Shown: positions 49,491 to 59,575 of the stretch, one piece after another
Numbering within the stretch: position 1 is the stretch's first letter
Layout: every line of letters begins with the position of its first letter
Virus record (IMG/VR): IMGVR_UViG_3300024264_000013
Coordinates: 32,060-96,059 of that record
DNA: 64,000 bases
Reading direction: 5' to 3' (one strand)
Source of the DNA: a virus
Notes under the pieces: model-generated
Told to the model about the DNA's origin: nothing
Database searches by the model: none
The model's input: the letters and a program-made list of their open reading frames with translations, nothing else
Position numbers and translations under genes: made by a program

Positions 49491-50433
49491 GAATAAATTT
49501 GCAGATATAACAATACATCCTAATAGTGCTAAACTAAGTGCTGGTAATTTTAAAGTAGAAAAAAGTGCATGGCACAAAGGCGATGTAAATTATTTTCCTG
49601 CTAAGAAAGAACAGTTTGCAGACTTAGATGCAATGGCAAAAGAGTTTATATTTAAAGGATATGGTCCTGATACACCTATGTTTAGTAACGACGATACAGT
49701 AGTTACTATGGGTAGTTGCTTTGCAGATAGATTACGTAATTGGTTAAATGCAAACGGTAAAGGCACTAGTTATATTAATGTACCTGAAGGACTTAATAAT
49801 AGTTTTGCTGTAAGACAATATTTAGAGTGGGCGTTAACAGGCGACAGAAGTACTGATGCATATTGGTACGATAATGACAAGACACTAGGTGCATTTCAAT
49901 GGCAACCGGACCAAGAACAACAAAAATTGTTACAACATTTCAAAGAAGTTAGTGCAGTTGTTGTTACATTTGGACTAGGCGAAGTATGGAAAGACGTAGA
50001 AACAAACAACGTATTTTGGAGAGGTGTACCTGCAAAAAGTTACGATCCTGCAAAACATAAATGTGTATCTAGTACAGTACAAGAAAATGTAGATAATATG
50101 AAACGCATTGTTGAACTTATCAAGACATATGCAGGTGCAGATAAAACTGTAATCTTTACACTAAGTCCAGTACCTCTAAATGCAACATTCAGCAACCGAC
50201 CTACAATGGTAAGTGACTGTGTTAGTAAAAGTATCTTACGTGTAAGTTTAGACCAGTTCTTTAATGAAAACAAGCACAATAATATTCATTACTGGCCTAG
50301 TTTTGAAATGGTACGTTGGGTAGGCGCACATACAGATATTCCTACACTGTTTGAAGATAATACAACAAGACATGTTAATAATGATATTGTAAAAATTATT
50401 ATTGAAAACTTTGTTGCTAAATTTTTTAAGTAA
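49483..50433 (+). CDS. GSCFA-family protein
   Basis: Literal MGSCFA motif, TFGL.EVW, TLSPVPL.AT, SKS.LR, Y.PSFE and RHV. Confidence 0.85.
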   Translation: MPKNKFADITIHPNSAKLSAGNFKVEKSAWHKGDVNYFPAKKEQFADLDAMAKEFIFKGYGPDTPMFSNDDTVVTMGSCFADRLRNWLNANGKGTSYINVPEGLNNSFAVRQYLEWALTGDRSTDAYWYDNDKTLGAFQWQPDQEQQKLLQHFKEVSAVVVTFGLGEVWKDVETNNVFWRGVPAKSYDPAKHKCVSSTVQENVDNMKRIVELIKTYAGADKTVIFTLSPVPLNATFSNRPTMVSDCVSKSILRVSLDQFFNENKHNNIHYWPSFEMVRWVGAHTDIPTLFEDNTTRHVNNDIVKIIIENFVAKFFK

Positions 50434-51043
50434 ACAAACTATCTAAGTAACTTTGTTCTATTACTTTATCTTCTTTAAAGTATAAATTAATTACATCATA
50501 TAACTTATCTGAGTCTTTAAATTTAGTTGCAACGTCATGACTGCCATATGTAACTAACTTATTAATATTTGGATTATTAGGAATAAGGTCCATGTGTTTA
50601 GTTTCATATCCTTTGTGTCCTGATATAAACGTGTAGTCGATCCAGGGTAAGAATTTTAAATGCGGATGTTTATATTTTTTAATATCTTTCCTATATCTAT
50701 GCCAACGCTTCTCCCAAGGAACGATTGTAGGATCAACACTGTACTGGGGAGCAAATCCTAATACTTTGTTAACGTTATGTAATAAACTAAAAATTGTTGC
50801 GTTGTAGGCACCCATGCTATTACCAATAGCATAAACTTTATCAGTTTTAATGTGCTTAACAATTTCTTTATGATCAATATTATTGAACCAACTTCTAGTT
50901 TCATCTAATACCCATATTACATTGTAACCGTGATTTTTTAGATTGTAAAACTCTAAGTTTGTGCCTTGTAGTGTATTACCTACACCACTAAAACTTATAA
51001 CAGTATGCTTACTACCAGTGTATAAACTTTTAATCTGTGCCAT
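50426..51043 (-). CDS. Alpha/beta hydrolase-fold protein
   Basis: ISFSG, GNSMGAY nucleophile elbow, F.PQ and late His (SHDVA). Confidence 0.65.
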   Translation of the reverse strand: MAQIKSLYTGSKHTVISFSGVGNTLQGTNLEFYNLKNHGYNVIWVLDETRSWFNNIDHKEIVKHIKTDKVYAIGNSMGAYNATIFSLLHNVNKVLGFAPQYSVDPTIVPWEKRWHRYRKDIKKYKHPHLKFLPWIDYTFISGHKGYETKHMDLIPNNPNINKLVTYGSHDVATKFKDSDKLYDVINLYFKEDKVIEQSYLDSLFT

Positions 51044-51048
51044 AATAT

Positions 51049-51077
51049 TATTTACCGATTAACTACGCACATAAATA
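51049..51077. promoter_or_regulatory. Divergent late promoter pair (TAAATA on each strand)
   Basis: TATTTA at 51049-51054 and TAAATA at 51072-51077, each 5 nt from an ATG. Confidence 0.65.
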
Positions 51078-51082
51078 TCTAC

Positions 51083-51856
51083 ATGGACGTAGTATTAGTT
51101 ACAGGAGGGTTTGACCCTCTACACTCAGGACATATTGAGTATTTCAAAGAAGCACGTAAACTCGGTGGTAAATTAATCGTCGGATTAAATAGTGATGATT
51201 GGCTAACTCGTAAAAAAGGTAGGCCTTTTATGCAGTTTAAAGATAGGATTGCAATTATAAAAGAACTAAGCATTGTTGACGATGTTATTAGTTTTGATGA
51301 TTCCGACGATAGTGCATGTGGAGCAATTTACAAAGCACTAGCAACACATGGCAGTGGTACAAAAGTTATTTTCGCCAATGGCGGAGATAGAACAAATACT
51401 ACTACTCCTGAATACAAAACATATGGCGATCTGCCTTATTGTGATTTTGTATTTGGAGTAGGTGGTGACAATAAGATGAATTCAAGCAGTTGGATCTTAG
51501 ACGAATGGAAAACACAAAAGACCGAACGTAATTGGGGATATTGGAGAGTGTTAGATCATAAACCAGAAAAGGGTTATAAGGTAAAAGAACTTGTAATCTA
51601 TCCCGGAAAAAGTTTAAGTGATCAAAAACATTTCAAACGATCAGAACAATGGATTGTATTAGAAGGCGAAGTTGATATGAAGACTGAATGGAACGGAAAC
51701 GTATCATCACTAAAATTAATACCGCACGGAATGCCTTATGAAATTGGCAAAGAAGTTTGGCATCTACCATCTAATAGCGGAACAGAAAATGCACACATCC
51801 TTGAGATACAATGGGGTAGTGAGTGCATTGAAGAAGATATAGAAAGAAGAGATTAA
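51083..51856 (+). CDS. Cytidylyltransferase-like (HxGH) nucleotidyltransferase fused to a cupin (mannose-6-P isomerase C-terminal-like)
   Basis: TGGFDPLHSGH, GLNSD.WL.RKKG..F, FANGGDR and K.NSSS, then R.WG.W.VL, SLS.Q.H..RSE.W, H and EIQ.G....EEDI.R. Confidence 0.8.
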   Translation: MDVVLVTGGFDPLHSGHIEYFKEARKLGGKLIVGLNSDDWLTRKKGRPFMQFKDRIAIIKELSIVDDVISFDDSDDSACGAIYKALATHGSGTKVIFANGGDRTNTTTPEYKTYGDLPYCDFVFGVGGDNKMNSSSWILDEWKTQKTERNWGYWRVLDHKPEKGYKVKELVIYPGKSLSDQKHFKRSEQWIVLEGEVDMKTEWNGNVSSLKLIPHGMPYEIGKEVWHLPSNSGTENAHILEIQWGSECIEEDIERRD

Positions 51857-52530
51857 TGAAAGTATTTGTAGGATACGACACTAGAGAAGATATTGCATAT
51901 CAAGTATGTAAGCACAGTATCTTGACTAAACAACCAGATGCTGATGTACGTCCATTGAAGCAAAAAGAATTAAGAGAAGCAGGATGGTATAATCGTCCTA
52001 TTGATAAACTAGCATCAACTGAATTTACTTTTACACGTTTTCTTATTCCTGAACTTACTAACTTTAAAGGATGGGCAGTGTTTATGGATTGCGACATGAT
52101 CCTTACAACAGACATTAAAGAACTATTTGATCAAGCGGATGACAAGTATGCTGTTATGTGTGTGCAACATGATTACAAAGTTAAAGAAGAATTTAAAATG
52201 GATGGACAAAAACAAACTATCTATCCACGCAAGAATTGGTCAAGTGTAATGTTATTTAATTGCGGACATCCTAGCAATGCTACCCTTACACAAGACTTAG
52301 TAAACAGTCCAGAAATTAACGGAGCATACTTACATCGCTTTAGTTGGTTAAAGGACGAAGAAGTCGGTAAATTAGATCATACATGGAACTATCTAGTTGG
52401 TGTGTATGACGATATCGAAACACCAAAGTTAATACATTATACAGAAGGAGGACCGTGGTTCGAAAATTACAGGAACTGCGAATTTCACAAATTATGGAAG
52501 CAAGAACTAAAATCAATGATGGAAGTGTAA
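51856..52530 (+). CDS. GT-A (GT8-like) glycosyltransferase
   Basis: FVGYD.RE, STEF.FTRF..P, FMDCD, YPRKNWSS and HYT.GGPW. Confidence 0.75.
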   Translation: MKVFVGYDTREDIAYQVCKHSILTKQPDADVRPLKQKELREAGWYNRPIDKLASTEFTFTRFLIPELTNFKGWAVFMDCDMILTTDIKELFDQADDKYAVMCVQHDYKVKEEFKMDGQKQTIYPRKNWSSVMLFNCGHPSNATLTQDLVNSPEINGAYLHRFSWLKDEEVGKLDHTWNYLVGVYDDIETPKLIHYTEGGPWFENYRNCEFHKLWKQELKSMMEV

Positions 52531-53336
52531 TTAATCATTTAGCAATTGACCCTCATGACGGTATAGTATTATGCTGGCAACAAGGAACAAAAGCACACTG
52601 GTTAGATAATTGGAAACATTTAAGAAACTGGCCTATTGACAGACCAGTAGCGTTTAGAGGTATGACTGGTCGTAAGATTGTTGCTGAATGTAAAAAAACA
52701 GGACGCGATTATTTTTATATCGATACAGGATATTTAGGTAATAGACAAAAGCGTAAGTTATATCATCGTGTAGTACTCAACGGAATGCAACACAGCAATT
52801 ATGTTGAAGTACCCGACGACCGTTGGAAAAAATTAGACTACGATAGTAAAACAATGAACATTAATTTTCCTGGTTGGAAAAGAGATGGTAAAGCAATACT
52901 AATTGTTACACCTAGTGAAAAACCATGTAAGTTCTATGGAATTAAAAGAGATGATTGGGTCAATGAAACTGTTGCAACTATTAAAGAAAATACAGACCGT
53001 CCTATAATTATTAGAGACAAAGGACTACGTCGAGAACGTATTGGTGACGGAAGTTTATATAATCAACTAGACGAAGATAAAATTTTTGCAGTAGTAACTT
53101 ACAATAGTATTGCGGCAACTGAAGCAGTAGGATATGGTGTTCCTGCATTTACATCAGCGCCGGGTGCGGCAGATATGTTGTGTGAAAAGGACTTTAGTAA
53201 GATCGAAACTCCTCGTTACGAAGACGATTATACAGTACGCAAATGGCAACATTGGTTAGCATACTGTCAATTTAGAGTTGAAGAAATGTCATCTGGACAT
53301 GCATTAGACGTTATAGAAAAGTGGGATATAAGATGA
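52494..53336 (+). CDS. Capsule-synthesis-like GT-B glycosyltransferase
   Basis: YIDTGY, TDRPIIIR.K, VT.NS.AA.EA...GVP and W...LAY.QF...E...G. Start uncertain (52455 or 52494). Confidence 0.5.
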   Translation: MEARTKINDGSVINHLAIDPHDGIVLCWQQGTKAHWLDNWKHLRNWPIDRPVAFRGMTGRKIVAECKKTGRDYFYIDTGYLGNRQKRKLYHRVVLNGMQHSNYVEVPDDRWKKLDYDSKTMNINFPGWKRDGKAILIVTPSEKPCKFYGIKRDDWVNETVATIKENTDRPIIIRDKGLRRERIGDGSLYNQLDEDKIFAVVTYNSIAATEAVGYGVPAFTSAPGAADMLCEKDFSKIETPRYEDDYTVRKWQHWLAYCQFRVEEMSSGHALDVIEKWDIR

Positions 53337-54274
53337 GTCAGTTGTCAGTTGCTTCATACTTAATGGGTATTCCACCAGGTAATTCAAATCCTGAAAAACC
53401 TAAAATTATCCATAACTTTATTAAAGGAGTAAATGCATGTGGCGATAAAGGTGCTGTTGTTACAGGCTGGCATCCTATGAATACCGATGTTGGTGTTATA
53501 CAAGGCTTTGTACATCCTGGAAGTAAAGACACTAGACACTTACGTTTACGTAAGGGAGTATTTGACAATCAAATTAATAGAGGCAAGCGTTGTATGATTG
53601 TAGATGCTAATTTATTTTTAGCATATGATCGTGGTAATAAACACGGATATTTAAGATATAGTTATGACGGTATTTTTCCTACTACAGGTGAATATTGTTA
53701 CGATGCACCTGATCCTAATCGTTGGGCAAGGATGCAAACTCAATTAGGAATTAAAGTCAAACCTTGGAACCTTGATAACGGACCTACTGTACTAATTTGT
53801 TGTCAACGTGACGGCGGATGGAGTATGGATGAGCAACAAGTAGTTCCTTGGTTAGTGCGAACTATTAATGAGATTAGACATCATACTGACAGACAAATTA
53901 TTATTAGATTTCATCCCGGCGATAAAAAGAAAAGAGATCATATACGCAATTTAGCAAAATATAAAATATCCAAAATACGTATAAGTTCCAATGAAGATAT
54001 TATGCAAGACTTTGCTATTGCAAAATGTGTAGTAAATTATAACAGTAGTCCTGCTATTGTAAGTGCTATTGAAGGAATACCAACTATACAATTAGATGCA
54101 AATAGAAGTCAAGCCGGCGGAGTAGTTCATACAAATTTTGAGGCAATTGAAAATCCACAAATGTTTGATAGAGACCCTTGGTTAAATAAATTAGCACAGT
54201 GCCATTGGACATTAGACGAATTAGCAACAGGAGAAGCCTGGCGCCATTTGCGTAGATGGGCAGTAAAGGAATAA
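53333..54274 (+). CDS. Capsule-synthesis-like GT-B glycosyltransferase
   Basis: TDR.IIIRFHP, NSSP...S.IEGIP and R..WL..LA..HW...E...G; ATGA coupling. Confidence 0.5.
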   Translation: MSQLSVASYLMGIPPGNSNPEKPKIIHNFIKGVNACGDKGAVVTGWHPMNTDVGVIQGFVHPGSKDTRHLRLRKGVFDNQINRGKRCMIVDANLFLAYDRGNKHGYLRYSYDGIFPTTGEYCYDAPDPNRWARMQTQLGIKVKPWNLDNGPTVLICCQRDGGWSMDEQQVVPWLVRTINEIRHHTDRQIIIRFHPGDKKKRDHIRNLAKYKISKIRISSNEDIMQDFAIAKCVVNYNSSPAIVSAIEGIPTIQLDANRSQAGGVVHTNFEAIENPQMFDRDPWLNKLAQCHWTLDELATGEAWRHLRRWAVKE

Positions 54275-54275
54275 T

Positions 54276-55121
54276 ATGAAAATTACAGCAGTAACAACAT
54301 TTCATGCAGAAGGCATGTTGACATACGGCCAACGTTTAATTGACAGTTGGCAAGAGAAAGTAGATCCATCAATTACACTATTAGTATATGCTGAAGATTG
54401 TGTTCCGGAGACAAACGGAACCAATGTTGAACTACTAGATGCAACAGTCTGTTTACCGAAACTTACTGCATTTAAAAAGAAATGGGGCAATGTACCTAAG
54501 GCAAATGGTAAGTGTCCATTTCCAGAAAAGCGTCCAAGAGATTATCATAAAGAATTTAAATGGGACGCAGTACGTTTTGCTAACAAGGTATATGCAGTAT
54601 TTGATGCATGTGAAACAGAAGATACAGATTATGTAGTTTGGGTTGACGGAGATACTTATGTACACAGTCCGTGGAGTTATGAAGATTTTGCTAGGCTATT
54701 ACCTAAAGAAAGTTGGCTAACATATGTTGGTAGAGGACAAGGATCACAAACATGGCCTGAATGTGGGTTCTATGGTCTTAACGTTCAAGATAAACAATGT
54801 CGAAAATTTTTAGCAGACTTTGAAGAAGCATACGACGATGCTGAAGGTCCTAACGGAATTTTCAAGATGGCAGAGTGGCATGACAGTTATGTGTTTGGAG
54901 AAATACTTAATAAACATAAAAACTACAACCCACGAGTATTAGATTACAGTGCAACAATCTACGTTAAAACTGCTAAAACAGGTGGTGGCGGTCATCCGCT
55001 AATTAATACTGAACTTGGCAGATGGATAGATCACATGAAAGGTGGTCGCAAACACGATGGACATAGTAAGCGTAAAGACTTAATGAGTCATCGGAAAGAA
55101 GCATATTGGAATGAAATTTAG
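54276..55121 (+). CDS. GT-A fold glycosyltransferase-like protein
   Basis: RFANKVYA, WVDGD, ECGF, WHDSYVF and DH.KG; paralogue of 47248..48045. Confidence 0.65.
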   Translation: MKITAVTTFHAEGMLTYGQRLIDSWQEKVDPSITLLVYAEDCVPETNGTNVELLDATVCLPKLTAFKKKWGNVPKANGKCPFPEKRPRDYHKEFKWDAVRFANKVYAVFDACETEDTDYVVWVDGDTYVHSPWSYEDFARLLPKESWLTYVGRGQGSQTWPECGFYGLNVQDKQCRKFLADFEEAYDDAEGPNGIFKMAEWHDSYVFGEILNKHKNYNPRVLDYSATIYVKTAKTGGGGHPLINTELGRWIDHMKGGRKHDGHSKRKDLMSHRKEAYWNEI

Positions 55122-55944
55122 CCTTTGGACTAATTATGGCGCACTTAATAGCAAGCCTATTTTTTCTGCTTTTGAGCGCAGTCTTTTGGATCGCAAGCAT
55201 ACTGTTGTATATAATGATAATGATGCCGATGTTAATGTTATTTGGAGTGTACTATGGAATGGTAGAATGGCTCCAAACCAAGCAATTTGGGAACAGAAAA
55301 AACCAACAATAGTATTAGAAGTTGGCGGGATCAAACGCGGAACTACATGGAAAGTTGGACTAAATGGCATTAATAGAGATGCTTACTTTGGTCCTAGTGG
55401 CAACGATAATACTCGTGTCAATGAACTAGGACTTAAACTAAAACCGTGGAAGTATAACGGTGAATATATTCTTATAGCAGGCCAACACGAAAAAAGTTTA
55501 CAATGGCAAGATATGCCTCGCATGAGTCAATGGGTAATGGATACTATACAATTTATTAGAGCCCAAACGAAGCGTCCTATCATATTTAGACCACATCCAC
55601 GCTGTCCTCTACCGGCTATTGAACACGAATTTAAAGACGTAAAAAGACAAGATCCCTTACAAATTAAAGGGTCATATGACGACTTTGATATGCAATTTAA
55701 TAACATATGGGCTACTGTAAGTTGGTCAAGTAACCCAGGTATACACAGTGTAATCAACGGTGTGCCTGCATTTACTGGCCCAAGTAGTTTAGCATTTGAT
55801 GTTGCAGAACAAAATTTACATAACATTGAAAACCCTCTGTATAGTGATCGAACACAATGGCTTAACGATTACGCACATACTGAATATACCGTTGAAGAAA
55901 TTTCTAAAGGAATCCCACTTAAACACTTGACTTCTAAGTTATAA
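55111..55944 (+). CDS. Capsule-synthesis-like GT-B glycosyltransferase
   Basis: Q...S.QW, RPI.FRPHP, SSNP.......GVP and R.QWL...A..E....E...G. Confidence 0.5.
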   Translation: MKFSLWTNYGALNSKPIFSAFERSLLDRKHTVVYNDNDADVNVIWSVLWNGRMAPNQAIWEQKKPTIVLEVGGIKRGTTWKVGLNGINRDAYFGPSGNDNTRVNELGLKLKPWKYNGEYILIAGQHEKSLQWQDMPRMSQWVMDTIQFIRAQTKRPIIFRPHPRCPLPAIEHEFKDVKRQDPLQIKGSYDDFDMQFNNIWATVSWSSNPGIHSVINGVPAFTGPSSLAFDVAEQNLHNIENPLYSDRTQWLNDYAHTEYTVEEISKGIPLKHLTSKL

Positions 55945-55955
55945 TATAGTATAAT
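55927..55955 (+). promoter_or_regulatory. Sigma70-type promoter
   Basis: TTGACT-17 nt-TATAAT, 6 nt before ATG 55962. Confidence 0.7.
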
Positions 55956-55961
55956 GTAAAC

Positions 55962-57248
55962 ATGAAGTTAGAAACAGTTGAAGATTATCTTGAAGTTCTG
56001 GCTGGATTTCAAGGTGATACAAAAATTAAAATTGAAAGTACTGATTGCACTATTCTTTATAGTATTGCAAAACAAGTCTTTAGAGGTAAAGCACTTACTG
56101 ATAGACAACTTGATGTTGTATGCTTAAAACTTAATCAGTATAGCGATCAATTTACTACTGCGGGATATATTAACTTAGGAGATGTTGTTAGTATGCAGTC
56201 TACAAGACAACCATTAAGATCAGTTGATCGTTCTCAATGGATTAGAATTGTAGATAAGCCTGTTATGAATAAACCACAATTTGTATCTTCAAGATTAAAA
56301 AAAGCCACCGAACCTGAACCAAGTAAAGATTCCTATGTTGCTATTAGATTTCCTTTCAGTAAAAAAATAATTATGCTAATTGAAACTCTTGCTTATAAGC
56401 ATAGACAGGGATACTATCATGAAAAAGGAACGCACATACATTATTTTAAAATAACTGAAAATACTTTGTATGATATTGTAAAAGCATTTGAAAATAAAAA
56501 TTATGATATTGATTCTGAAATTTTAGAATACGTAGAACAAATTAAAGATATTAAAAACAATCCAAAAGATTATGTTCCTGGAGTATATGATTTAGAATTA
56601 AAAAATACAACAACTTCTTTGAACAAAAAAATTACTAATCATCTTGGTGAATTATCTGCTCAAAATGTTTATCTATACAAAGATAGATCATTGCTATATG
56701 GATTAACTCACTTTGACGATATACATACACATACTAATAGTAAGTCAATTCTTACCCAAAGAATTATTAAAAGAATTGAACCTAGTATTTTTATTTCCCA
56801 AAACGAATGGCACTTTGATGCAGTTGTATCTTCAGTTGTTGAATTAAAACGTTTTCCTTTATTGATAGTATTACCTGATACAAATATATTAGATCATCTT
56901 TCAAAAACATATAATAGTTTTAAAGGATTTATTAAGCCTGATAAAATTTCAGTAATGTTTAGATTAGACAACAAAACAGACAAAGAATTTAATCAATATA
57001 TAAAAGACCATAACCTAAATAATTCTCTTGCAAAAGATACACAAGTAGTGTATATTAGTAGTAGTAAGAAGTTTCCAAAACCTCTTTTTAATTCAGATTG
57101 GCAAATGGAGTCAGTGTTGTTTTTAGAAAGTATTAGAAATACAAAATTAGAACACTATCTTGTTAGCGATTTAATTATTCATTATGACGAGATAGAATCA
57201 CAGTTTGGAACTTATACTAAAGGAACTGGGACGATACAAAAAATATGA
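55962..57248 (+). CDS. Hypothetical protein
   Basis: 428-aa ORF coupled to uvsW; no motif recognised. Confidence 0.65.
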   Translation: MKLETVEDYLEVLAGFQGDTKIKIESTDCTILYSIAKQVFRGKALTDRQLDVVCLKLNQYSDQFTTAGYINLGDVVSMQSTRQPLRSVDRSQWIRIVDKPVMNKPQFVSSRLKKATEPEPSKDSYVAIRFPFSKKIIMLIETLAYKHRQGYYHEKGTHIHYFKITENTLYDIVKAFENKNYDIDSEILEYVEQIKDIKNNPKDYVPGVYDLELKNTTTSLNKKITNHLGELSAQNVYLYKDRSLLYGLTHFDDIHTHTNSKSILTQRIIKRIEPSIFISQNEWHFDAVVSSVVELKRFPLLIVLPDTNILDHLSKTYNSFKGFIKPDKISVMFRLDNKTDKEFNQYIKDHNLNNSLAKDTQVVYISSSKKFPKPLFNSDWQMESVLFLESIRNTKLEHYLVSDLIIHYDEIESQFGTYTKGTGTIQKI

Positions 57249-58708
57249 GTACATGTAAACTTATAATTGAAGACGAAGTAAACATTAAACTAGAAGGTCT
57301 TGATGTAGATATTCGACGCAAACTTAGTAATGCACTAAAGTTTGAAGTACCATATGCACGTTATATGCCACAATATAAACTAGGACGCTGGGATGGTAAG
57401 GTTGCTTTCTTTGGCTTAGGAGGTACAGGATATGTTAATCATCTTGGTATAGTTAGCGAAGTACTAGAAAAGTATAACGTACAAATAGTCGACATTGAAG
57501 ATAGAAGACATCCAATTGATTTAAAATTTACTCCAGTTACAGAACGCTATTGGGCAGACCAAGGTGTTGTGTGGCCGGAAGGACACCCTGCAGAAGGTGA
57601 AGAAATTATTCTGCGAGATTATCAAGTTGACGCAATCAACAACTTTATTTCTAATCCACAAAGTCTACAACAGATTGCTACAGGCGCTGGTAAAACAATT
57701 ACAACTGCTACGTTATCACACATAAGTGAACCGTATGGGCGTAGTATTGTTATTGTACCTAATAAGTCCTTAGTAGAGCAAACCGAAGAAGACTATATTA
57801 ACTGTGGATTAGACGTAGGGGTATATTTTGGAGACAGGAAACAATTAGGTAAGACTCATACTATATGCACTTGGCAAAGTTTGAATATACTTGACAAGAA
57901 GCACAAAGATGGTTCAGCAGTGTTATCACTTGCAGAGTTTCTTGAAGATGTGAGCACTATCATTGTCGACGAAGTACACCAAGCGAAAGCAGAAGTTCTT
58001 AAGAACTTGCTCACTCGCAACCTACGTAACGCTCCTATCCGCTGGGGACTAACAGGCACTGTGCCAAAAGAAAAGTTTGAATTCGAAAGTATTCATGCTA
58101 GTCTTGGTCCTGTAATTGGTAACATCTCAGCAAAGGAATTACAAGACAAAGGAGTATTATCCCAATGTCATGTTAATGTAGTACAACTAATTGATACAGT
58201 AGCACATAGTGGCTACCAAGAAGAATTAAAATACCTTGTAACTAATCAAGCAAGAGTAGAATATATAGGCAAACTATTAAACACAGTAAAACAATCAGGC
58301 AACACACTAATACTAGTAGACAGGATTAGTGCAGGCGAAATGTTAGCAGAACTAATACCAGATAGTACATTTGTAAATGGTTCTGTTAAAGTTAAAGACA
58401 GGAAAGAAACATACGATACGATTCGCGAAGGAACTAATGAAGTTATTATTGCAACTTATGGAGTTGCGGCAGTAGGACTTAATATCCCTCGTATCTTTAA
58501 TTTGGTTCTACTTGAACCAGGTAAAAGTTTTGTAAGAGTTATCCAATCTATCGGTAGAGGCGTAAGAAAGGCAAAGGACAAAGACTTCGTGCAAATATGG
58601 GATCTTACATCAACATGTAAGTATGCGAAGCGGCACCTTACCCAGCGTAAAAAGTTTTATAAGGAAGCCCAATACCCATTCACAATAGAAAAAGTGGATT
58701 GGAATTAA
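57245..58708 (+). CDS. uvsW: SF2 DNA helicase
   Basis: WDGK, LRDYQ..A, ATGAGKT, IVDEVH, GLTGT and QSIGR..RK...K. Confidence 0.9.
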   Translation: MSTCKLIIEDEVNIKLEGLDVDIRRKLSNALKFEVPYARYMPQYKLGRWDGKVAFFGLGGTGYVNHLGIVSEVLEKYNVQIVDIEDRRHPIDLKFTPVTERYWADQGVVWPEGHPAEGEEIILRDYQVDAINNFISNPQSLQQIATGAGKTITTATLSHISEPYGRSIVIVPNKSLVEQTEEDYINCGLDVGVYFGDRKQLGKTHTICTWQSLNILDKKHKDGSAVLSLAEFLEDVSTIIVDEVHQAKAEVLKNLLTRNLRNAPIRWGLTGTVPKEKFEFESIHASLGPVIGNISAKELQDKGVLSQCHVNVVQLIDTVAHSGYQEELKYLVTNQARVEYIGKLLNTVKQSGNTLILVDRISAGEMLAELIPDSTFVNGSVKVKDRKETYDTIREGTNEVIIATYGVAAVGLNIPRIFNLVLLEPGKSFVRVIQSIGRGVRKAKDKDFVQIWDLTSTCKYAKRHLTQRKKFYKEAQYPFTIEKVDWN

Positions 58709-58710
58709 CT

Positions 58711-59217
58711 ATGAGAATATTAACATTAGAAAATCAAACTTATCATTTAGATAAAGTCCCTGACGAGATTGAGGAAGACATTAGATTTAGTGTACTTGAT
58801 AATAGTAACCCTAAAGAGCCTGATTTCTTCTTTATGCCTTTGATTTTTTTAGAATCGTTTAGTGCGCCTGCTATGGTACTTGATATCGGCGGTAATGAAA
58901 TTACTATGCCGTTAGATTGGTGTATAGCAGTTGGCGACAGTGAGTCTGGAAATGATTTAGAGGTATTACCATTAACAAGTTTAAACGATAGAGGATTTGA
59001 AGCGTTTCTTTTTAATCCTTTAACAAGTTATACAACTAGTTTTACAGAAATAAAAATTGTAAACTTTTATAATGACGTTAAATGGTATTTTCCCAAAATG
59101 AAAAATGGACAACTATTGAGTGTACCAATACAAGAAGGTACTAATTCAAAGTGTGCATTTTTTGTAAAAGACATTAGTCGACAAAGTGAACTAATCGACT
59201 ACGCGGCATTGCTTTAA
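58711..59217 (+). CDS. Hypothetical protein
   Basis: Beta-rich ORF following uvsW. Confidence 0.6.
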   Translation: MRILTLENQTYHLDKVPDEIEEDIRFSVLDNSNPKEPDFFFMPLIFLESFSAPAMVLDIGGNEITMPLDWCIAVGDSESGNDLEVLPLTSLNDRGFEAFLFNPLTSYTTSFTEIKIVNFYNDVKWYFPKMKNGQLLSVPIQEGTNSKCAFFVKDISRQSELIDYAALL

Positions 59218-59227
59218 GGAGGTAATT

Positions 59228-59575
59228 ATGAAAGCAGGAAAAGTATGGGGTCAAACAGAATTGATCCACGCAAACGGTGTATTAGAGTTTCACCGTATTG
59301 AATACAAAGCAGGATACAAATGTTCAGAACATGAACATCAATATAAATGGAACGGATTCTTTGTTGAATCGGGCAAGATGCTTGTTCGTGTTTGGCAAGA
59401 TGATCAAGGTCTAGTTGATGAAACTATTCTTGAAGCAGGAGACTTTACACAAGTTAAGCCTGGAAAGATTCATCAGTTTGAAGGACTAGAAGATGGTGTA
59501 GCATTTGAACTATACTGGGCTGAGTTTAATCATAATGATATTGTACGCAGAACAAGCGGAACGTCAGTGAAGTAA
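59228..59575 (+). CDS. Cupin-fold protein
   Basis: K.WG, CSEH.H..K.N.F.VESG and V.PG..HQF; AGGAGG SD. Confidence 0.75.
   Translation: MKAGKVWGQTELIHANGVLEFHRIEYKAGYKCSEHEHQYKWNGFFVESGKMLVRVWQDDQGLVDETILEAGDFTQVKPGKIHQFEGLEDGVAFELYWAEFNHNDIVRRTSGTSVK

Noticed and set aside
40926-58708. Introns or inteins in terminase, uvsX or uvsW
   Set aside because: All three are uninterrupted, of normal length, and have contiguous motifs.
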